DNA of 64,000 bases from Octopus sinensis (lineage: Eukaryota): positions 41,850,001-41,914,000 of the forward strand of contig NC_043004.1 in assembly GCF_006345805.1 (NCBI RefSeq), written 5' to 3'. The position numbers and the translations under genes were made by a program. The notes beneath the pieces were generated by a model. That model worked only from the letters and a program-made list of their open reading frames with translations. It was not told where the DNA came from and did no database searches. Of this stretch, positions 57,200 through 64,000 are shown piece after piece (positions within the stretch are counted from its first letter, which is position 1; each line of letters begins with the position of its first letter).

Positions 57200-58250
57200 A
57201 ATGTAATTTACAAAAAGTAAATGTAAAAGTAAATGTAAAAGGATTAAGTAGAATATTTGCTATTAAGAAAAATCTCCCCTTAGGGTACGTAGTAAAACTT
57301 ATATGATTTCTAAACTATAATATTCTCCTCTTAAAATTTAATTGCACACATTCAAAGCTGAACTTATGGATATGATTAAAAAATTATCAAACTCAAGAGA
57401 GAAATCCTTTCCAGAAGGGAAATAATTGTTATCAAAAATCAATGTCATATATTTGTTTCTGACAGAAGCAAAAATTTAATGTGATTAAGAAACTCACCTG
57501 CCTCCAATCTTTCTAATATTCAAAGGTAAAAATATGTGCAGCTTTACAGTAAATAAATATTTCTGCTAAAGTACTAGTGTTCAAACAAATACAGACTATA
57601 TGGCCGTAACGTTGGCAACATAAGTACAGTATTGTGCGTTTCAAAATTACATTTAACGATCACAATCTGATATTCATTAGTCACATTTCAACTAGATTTA
57701 TGAATCTATTTGGAAGAGATATTTGTCACTTCTAAAAGTCTATTAGACTCTAGCACTTCTAAAATCAGCTTAAGTCACATATAATCCCTAGAAATAAATT
57801 AGTAGAGTGTAAGCCGAATCGCTTAAGATGACACAAATGTCTTTTTCTGTTTTCATTTAGGTTAAGTGATAAAACTAGCGGAATTCCTTAATTACTTTTT
57901 AGGATTTCCGAAGGATAATGTCTAAATAAAACAAATTGGGTTATATTATTTTCAAAAATAATTATGGCTCTGGTACTAGCATTAGTATTATATATGCAGT
58001 TAACCTGTACTTTTATGTCATATGAAATACTTACAGTATACGCATTTGTAATATCAAATGACAGAATCTGTACATATTGTAAAAAGAAAGCAGATATTTC
58101 AAGTGAAGAATATACAGAATTTGTTAGGTTTTCATAACTAAAATTAGGTTTTTTTAAAATAAACAATAATTTATAGGTATTACGCTTAAATAGTTCTGCA
58201 TAAATTCCACACACAAAATGAGAAGCGCGACGATTTTCCTCAGTTTACTG
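57200..58250 (-). mobile_element. Possible highly degenerate Penelope-like RT remnant
   Basis: ORF 57888-58214 contains QILSFDITNAYT (cf. PLE LVSFDVxSLxT); the rest is barely alignable. Confidence 0.3.
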
Positions 58251-58333
58251 AAATGACTACAATTTCTTTCAAGCTGAAGAACTTTATATTCATAAATTCA
58301 CAAAGAATTAGATTAACTGATGTAATCGTATAC

Positions 58334-58452
<119 letters not shown>

Positions 58453-58489
58453 GCTAGCTAGCTAGCTATATATCTATATGTATACATAT

Positions 58490-58715
58490 ATATATAACGG
58501 GAAGGTTTACGAAAATAAACAAAAGACGAAGGCAGGTGGAGTACAAACAAACAATTGTATTAGTATGGCGCTCAGGAATAGAAATAAAACAAGTCTTTTA
58601 CGTTTCGAGCCTACGCTCTTCGACAGAAAGATACACAGAAGAGAAACAAGGAAAGAAACAAGGAGAGAAAAAAAGCGTGTAGGATCTAACGGTCCAGCAT
58701 GGCGTTCTGATTTCA
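58490..58715 (-). mobile_element. Penelope-type pseudo-LTR with hammerhead-like motif
   Basis: Lies downstream of the PLE ORF in the same orientation; homologous to 21745-21925. Confidence 0.6.
58594..58631 (-). ncRNA. Minimal type I hammerhead-like ribozyme, variant core
   Basis: TCTTT-CTGTCGA-A-GAGC-gtag-GCTC-GAAAC-GTA-AAAGA: 5-bp stem I, 4-bp stem II, GAAA core, GUA triplet. Confidence 0.5.
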
Positions 58716-58730
58716 GGCAGAAGTCAGAAA

Positions 58731-58842
58731 TCAGAGGTCAGACGTCAGAGGTCAGACGTCAGAGGTCAGACGTCAGAGGTCAGACGTCAGAGGTCAGACG
58801 TCAGAGGTCAGACGTCAGAGGTCAGACGTCAGAGGTCAGACG
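58731..58842. repeat. 14-bp tandem repeat, 8 perfect copies (tcagaggtcagacg)
   Basis: Direct read. Confidence 0.95.
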
Positions 58843-59409
58843 TTAGACGCTAGAGGGATAGTAGGGGAGATAACAGAGTCAAGTGACCTCGCCCCAACAT
58901 GAAGGTGCGTGTGTGTATAAGAGAGTATGTATGTGTGTGTGAAAGAGGGCTGGTGGTCTGGACGTGCGTATGTATGTATGATGTGATGTGTAATGTCGTA
59001 TGGTGTAGTGTAGTGTGGTGTGATGTTGTGGGGAGGTGGGGGCGAGAGTGGGGAATGCCCATGTGGGGTGTGGGTTCGGCTGGGGGTTGGGGTAGAGTGG
59101 GGTTGTGGGGAGAGTGAGAGGGGGAGATAAGAGAGAGGAGGGGAGGAGGGGGAGAGGAGATGAGTGGGAGAGGGGAGGAGGAGGGAGAGGAGAAGGAAGG
59201 AGAGGAGGAGAAGGGGGGAGGGGAAATGAGAGGAGATGGGGGAGAGAAGGGGAGTGAGGGAGCAGAAAGAAAGAGAGAAGGGGAAGAGGGAAGAAGAAAG
59301 AAGAAAAAAGAAAGAAGAAGAGGGAAGAAGGGAAAGAAGGGAAGAGGAGGGAAAGAGAGTAGGGGTGAAAAGATGAAGGACTGAAGAGAAGTAGGAGTCG
59401 GGGGGGAGG

Positions 59410-60863
59410 TTAGATGAAAAGTGGGGGGAGGTTAGATGAAAAGGGGGGAAGAGTTGAGACCAAATGGCGTAAAAGCGAAGAAAGAAGATTAATCCCTGTT
59501 AACTGCGCAAGCGGGAATCCGATGGCCTCTGTGCAAGGGCAATCCGAACACAGACAGGTGTTGCAAGGAATGACCGGTGGAGCGGAAATGGCGTGAGACC
59601 GGTGTGTCATTGGCAAGGCAGATGTCACGGGGGTGTTCCGTGAACCGGTCAGCCAAGCGATGTACAGGGAATGGCAGAGAGAGCAGGAGATGCAATAGAT
59701 GATATTGCTGGAGGTGCAGGTGAAGGAGTCGATGATGCGATAGGGTCGATGATGGGTGCCAGTGAGTAGGGTAGTGTTGGAGAGGTAAGGACAAGTGCGG
59801 CAACGTGGGCGGGAGCAGGGAAACGAGCCAGGTTGGAGGGTAGGGTCAGGGAAGAAGCTGTGGACCAAGAGGTCTCGTAGGTTATGGGCTCGTTTGAAGG
59901 AGGAGAGGGGTCGCTTAGGGAAGAGGTGTAAAGTGGACGGGTCGGACTGGAGATGCCTGAAAGTTCGAAGAATGGTGCGTTGGAGAGTGTGGTGGGGTGG
60001 TAAGTGAGGGAAAAAGGGAGGCGGGAGACTGCAGGGCGGGTTCGGGGGGAGAGAGCAGATGCACGGTCTACAGAACGTGCTCTGGCAAGGGCGGTGTGGA
60101 TAGTGGTGAGGGGGTATCCACGTAGGATGAAGTGGCGAGCCATGAGTTGAGACTGAGTCTCAAAGTCATGGTCGTCACTACAGAGCCTACGTAGACAGAG
60201 GAATTGGGAACAGGGGATGGAAAGCTTGGTGTGATTGGGGTGGGAGGAAGAGAAGTTTAGGTATGAGTGTGAGTCTGTGTGTTTGTAGTGAATGGAGGTG
60301 TTAAGAGTGAAGTGATGAATGCTGACCGAAATGTCGAGGAAAGAGACAGAGGTGTTGGAGATAGTGGAGGTGAAGTGGAGGGCAGGATGGAAGGATTGAA
60401 CGAAAGAGAGGAAGGAATCTAGATGCTCACGAGAGAGTGAGGTGGCACCGATAATGTCGTCAATGTAACGACCGTATAGTTCGGGAGTGGGACCAGTGAA
60501 ACTAGAAAATATTTGGGCCTCAACATAGCCAACGAAAGGTTCGCATAGTTGGGGCCCATTCGCGTTCCCATGGACAATCCCGGGTACTGTTGGTAGAACT
60601 CGCCCGCGAACGAGAAGCAGTTAAGTGAAAGGACAAGTTCGGCCAGACGAATGAGTGTGGAGGTGTCGGGTTCGGGGTTGGGGCGGAGGTCGAGAAAGTG
60701 TTGAAGTGCCCGCAGTCCTTTGTGGTGAGGGATGACGATATATAGGCTCTGGATGTCCATTGTCAAAAGGATTTTGGAGGAACCGGGAGGAAAGGAGAAA
60801 GAGTTGAAAAGCCAGAGAGCATGGTTGGTGTCGTGGATGTGGGAGGGAAGAGACGCGACTAGG
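59410..60863 (-). mobile_element. Penelope-like element (Neptune-like), RT + GIY-YIG, 5'-truncated and frameshifted
   Basis: LLTMDIQSLY..IPH, LSLNCFSFAGEFYQQ..GLSMGTRMGPNYANL, YGRYIDD, SFLDI, HYKHTDSH, CSRPRCRTC linker, FTCTSSNIIYCISCSLC, RLADRFTEH. Confidence 0.93.
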
Positions 60864-61258
60864 GGCGCAGGAGTGGCTGTGTGGTAAGTAGCTTGCTTAC
60901 CAACCACATGGTTCCGGGTTCAGTCCCACTGCGTGACATCTTCGGCAAGTGTCTTCTACTATAGCCTCGGGCCGACCAAAGCCTTGTGAGTGGAGTTGGC
61001 AGACGGAAACTGAAAGAAGCCCTTCGTATATATGTATATATATGTGCGTGTGTGTTTGTGTGTCTGTGTTTGTCCTCCTAGCATTGCTTGAAAACCGATG
61101 CTGGTGTGTTTATGTCCCCGTAAATTAGCGGTTCGGCAAAAGAGACCGATAGAATAAGTACTGGGCTTACAAAGAATAAGTCCCGGGGTCGAGTTGCTCG
61201 ATTAAAGGCGGTGCTCCAGCATGGCCGCAGTCAAATGACTAAAACAAGTAAAAGAGAA
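60864..61258 (+). mobile_element. SINE family B, full length, abutting the PLE 5' truncation
   Basis: Same architecture as 30583-30993. Confidence 0.9.
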
Positions 61259-61291
<33 letters not shown>

Positions 61292-62775
61292 CACATCCTT
61301 ACATTAACTCCCAATAAATTGGTTGGGTACCCTGTTTTCGTTTTTCCACTCACTCGTATGTATATATAGATGTGTGTGCGTGTGTGTGCATATGCGTTTG
61401 TATACAAGAACGCACACATACGCACGCACGCGCCCCACGCATACGCAAAAAGAACATCAAAATTTAATAAATGTCCTGTATAGATTTTTGTGGATTTTAT
61501 CAAACGCATGCCCATTGTTTCTCGACCTCAAGGATTACAGCTAATTTCCCTCAAATCACATCGTAAAGTCTTAAAAATATAAAGAAGGTAAATTGAATAT
61601 TCTGTTACCAAATACATGATGTTTGACAAAAAAAATAAGAAAAAAAATACAGGATATGAACTTGTGGAGCATCCTTCATCACAAGTCAATGCAATGAGGT
61701 TTGAACCTATGCATAACAGCAGCATATGCAGGAAACTGGAGAGTCATAGATCTGAGGACTTATAAACAAAGTAAATGTCATCTAGTTGTCTGGAACTCAT
61801 AGCCAAATCACACCCTACTAAGAATCATGTGCAGTTAAAGCTACCGAGGGCCACATAATTTAATGTGTCTTTTCACATAGTGTATATTATGAGGGAAATT
61901 TGATTGTATTTTTCCAGAGATCACTCACACGCTTCTTCATTAGTTGGCCGTGTTAAATTCATGTAGTGGTTTCACTAAAGTGTCTTACTTTATTTCGTTT
62001 TGGTATATATAATCCTAGATTGTAGATTGGTATAATCCTACAATATGACTCGCTAAAAGGTTATAGTTGCATCTCTACTCGTGACTAGAATCTGTAATTT
62101 TTAAAGAAAGAAAATTATGTAAAGGCGTGAAAAAACTGAAAGAAAAATCAATTACAGAAAGAAAAGAAAAAACAATAACAATACCAAAAATAAAATTATT
62201 TAATCACGTATGTGTGCACAGATTTATTAAGGTCTAAGATAAATCTATCTTATAAAGTATTCAAGAATAAGAAAACAACCAGTTCGGATGAGAAAGAAAG
62301 AGAATGGAGAAAGAGAGATGGAGAAAGAGAGATGGAGAGTGTGAAGGTGAAAATAATTACTGGTGGCCAATTTCTTTTTTAGATTTTTCAACCTTATTTT
62401 CTTTCTCAGTTCAGCTTAAGATAATTAATTTTAGCAGCGTATCATTGCTTTATAATTACAGTGTATCTACTGGAAGACGGATAATAAACAAGTCATCGTA
62501 AAGGATAGAGCGAAACCGAAGGTGGGAGAGAAAAAAAAAATTAAAGGCAAAACAGAAAAAAAAAGCTAAATTAGAGAAGGACAGACAGACAGACAAACAG
62601 ACAAACAGACAAACAGACAGACAAACAGACAAGACGCATGAGCTGTAATGATAGTAATAATAACAACAACGATACAACGAGTGCAATCATGGTGACAGTC
62701 ACAAAAGAAAAACAACAGCTATAATAATAGTAGTAGTAGGAACAACAACAACAGCAACAAATAATAATAATAATA

Positions 62776-62807
<32 letters not shown>

Positions 62808-63083
62808 GATGACGATGATGGTGATGATGATGACGATGATGATGATGATGATGTTGATGATAATAATATGTCACGAGTGGCCATCCATACATGCAAAATA
62901 AGGGTCACAAAAGATGCTATAAAAATCACGGGGACTGTACAAACAAGATCGTATAAAAACGAGTGGAGTAACAGAATACAATACACAATAATTTGTTTTA
63001 ACTTACACTAAGTATATGAATACATGCCTGTATCTGTGTATTTGCGTAGCTATATGTACATCATCAGAAAGAGAGAGAGAGGG

Positions 63084-63155
<72 letters not shown>

Positions 63156-64000
63156 CTGAGTAAGAGGAGTGGGGAAGAAAGAGAACGCTCTCTCTATATC
63201 AGTGTGCGCATGTCCTGGAGATTCGTGCACAAACACTCGTCTACTTAAAAACCTTAGTGATTGCATGTCCAGTTTTCAATGGCAGTCTATCTTTCGCCAC
63301 TCATTCGTTCCTCTGTTAACAAAATTCATCACCTTCCACTTCAGTTACTTTAATTACATATATATTAGTTTTTCGTTGGCTATTTGAAAGACTGTGAATT
63401 TCAGGTGCACGAAGAGAGGCATCTCCTCGTCTGCTTACTTTTTCTTTATTTCTTTTTTTATTTTTCTTATTTGCTGTCAGCAACAGTTTGTCAATATGAG
63501 TCTTTGCCGCCAGTTATACTCGGCGCGTCGATAACAGCAGGGTTTTTTTTGGAGGGATAGTCTTATTATTGTTGAAATTGTTGATGTTGCTCTGAGACAG
63601 ACTGGTGCTAGATCTATGTTTTTCTAATAGCAGTGTGGTTTTTATTATTGTTCATATAACATCTGAATTTTCTGGTCTGTATCACTGATTTAAAGGCTAG
63701 TCACTCTGCACCTACAATGAGTTACAGCTTCCGAGTAGCTATGTGGCCTTCGGAAATCATCAACAAAGTGCAGACAAGTACAGACGTTAAACGATCAAGA
63801 ATTATTTTGGCTATCTCTACGCTAAACACCTCCCTAAACTGTGCGTTAAAAGTGACGCCAAGCCAAAGTTTATTGTCACTACTACTATACCTGGCTGTGA
63901 CCTGGTGTTTTGGATAACTCATATATTTCAATGCCAGATGTGTAGTGAAGTAACTGGACCTGTCATGATTCTCCTGCCGATAGAAAAATATTTCTTTCTA

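Noticed and set aside
63700-64000. LINE endonuclease or exon at the window end
   Set aside because: Only a weak FNAR-like word and the sequence is cut by the window edge; insufficient support

Overview
This is eukaryotic, AT-rich, repeat-saturated genomic DNA. The microsatellite load and SINE families look like an octopus or other coleoid cephalopod (recognition-based inference, not a database result). I could not support any intact host gene, rRNA, true tRNA or CRISPR array. Most ORFs in the supplied track are microsatellite artefacts (poly-YI, poly-I, poly-L, poly-E). The recognisable coding remnants are all transposable elements: three R4/Dong-like RLE-type LINE copies (two stacked with a non-coding element in one (TAA)n array at 7.6-12.7 kb), a Penelope-like element (RT + GIY-YIG), RTE and CR1 fragments, and several Tc1/mariner families including a DD41D copy. 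Non-coding repeats include non-autonomous Helitrons, MITE/foldback palindromes, four tRNA-derived SINE types and a 31-bp minisatellite. The most interesting signals are: (1) a same-orientation (TAA)n landing pad holding an internally deleted, SIDE-like LINE and a putative non-autonomous partner; (2) Penelope-type minimal hammerhead-like motifs with a recurrent A6U core change; (3) a ~1.8 kb block that is C-depleted but spares CpG, possibly a deaminase-hypermutated repeat. Coordinates are hand-read and may be off by a few bases.
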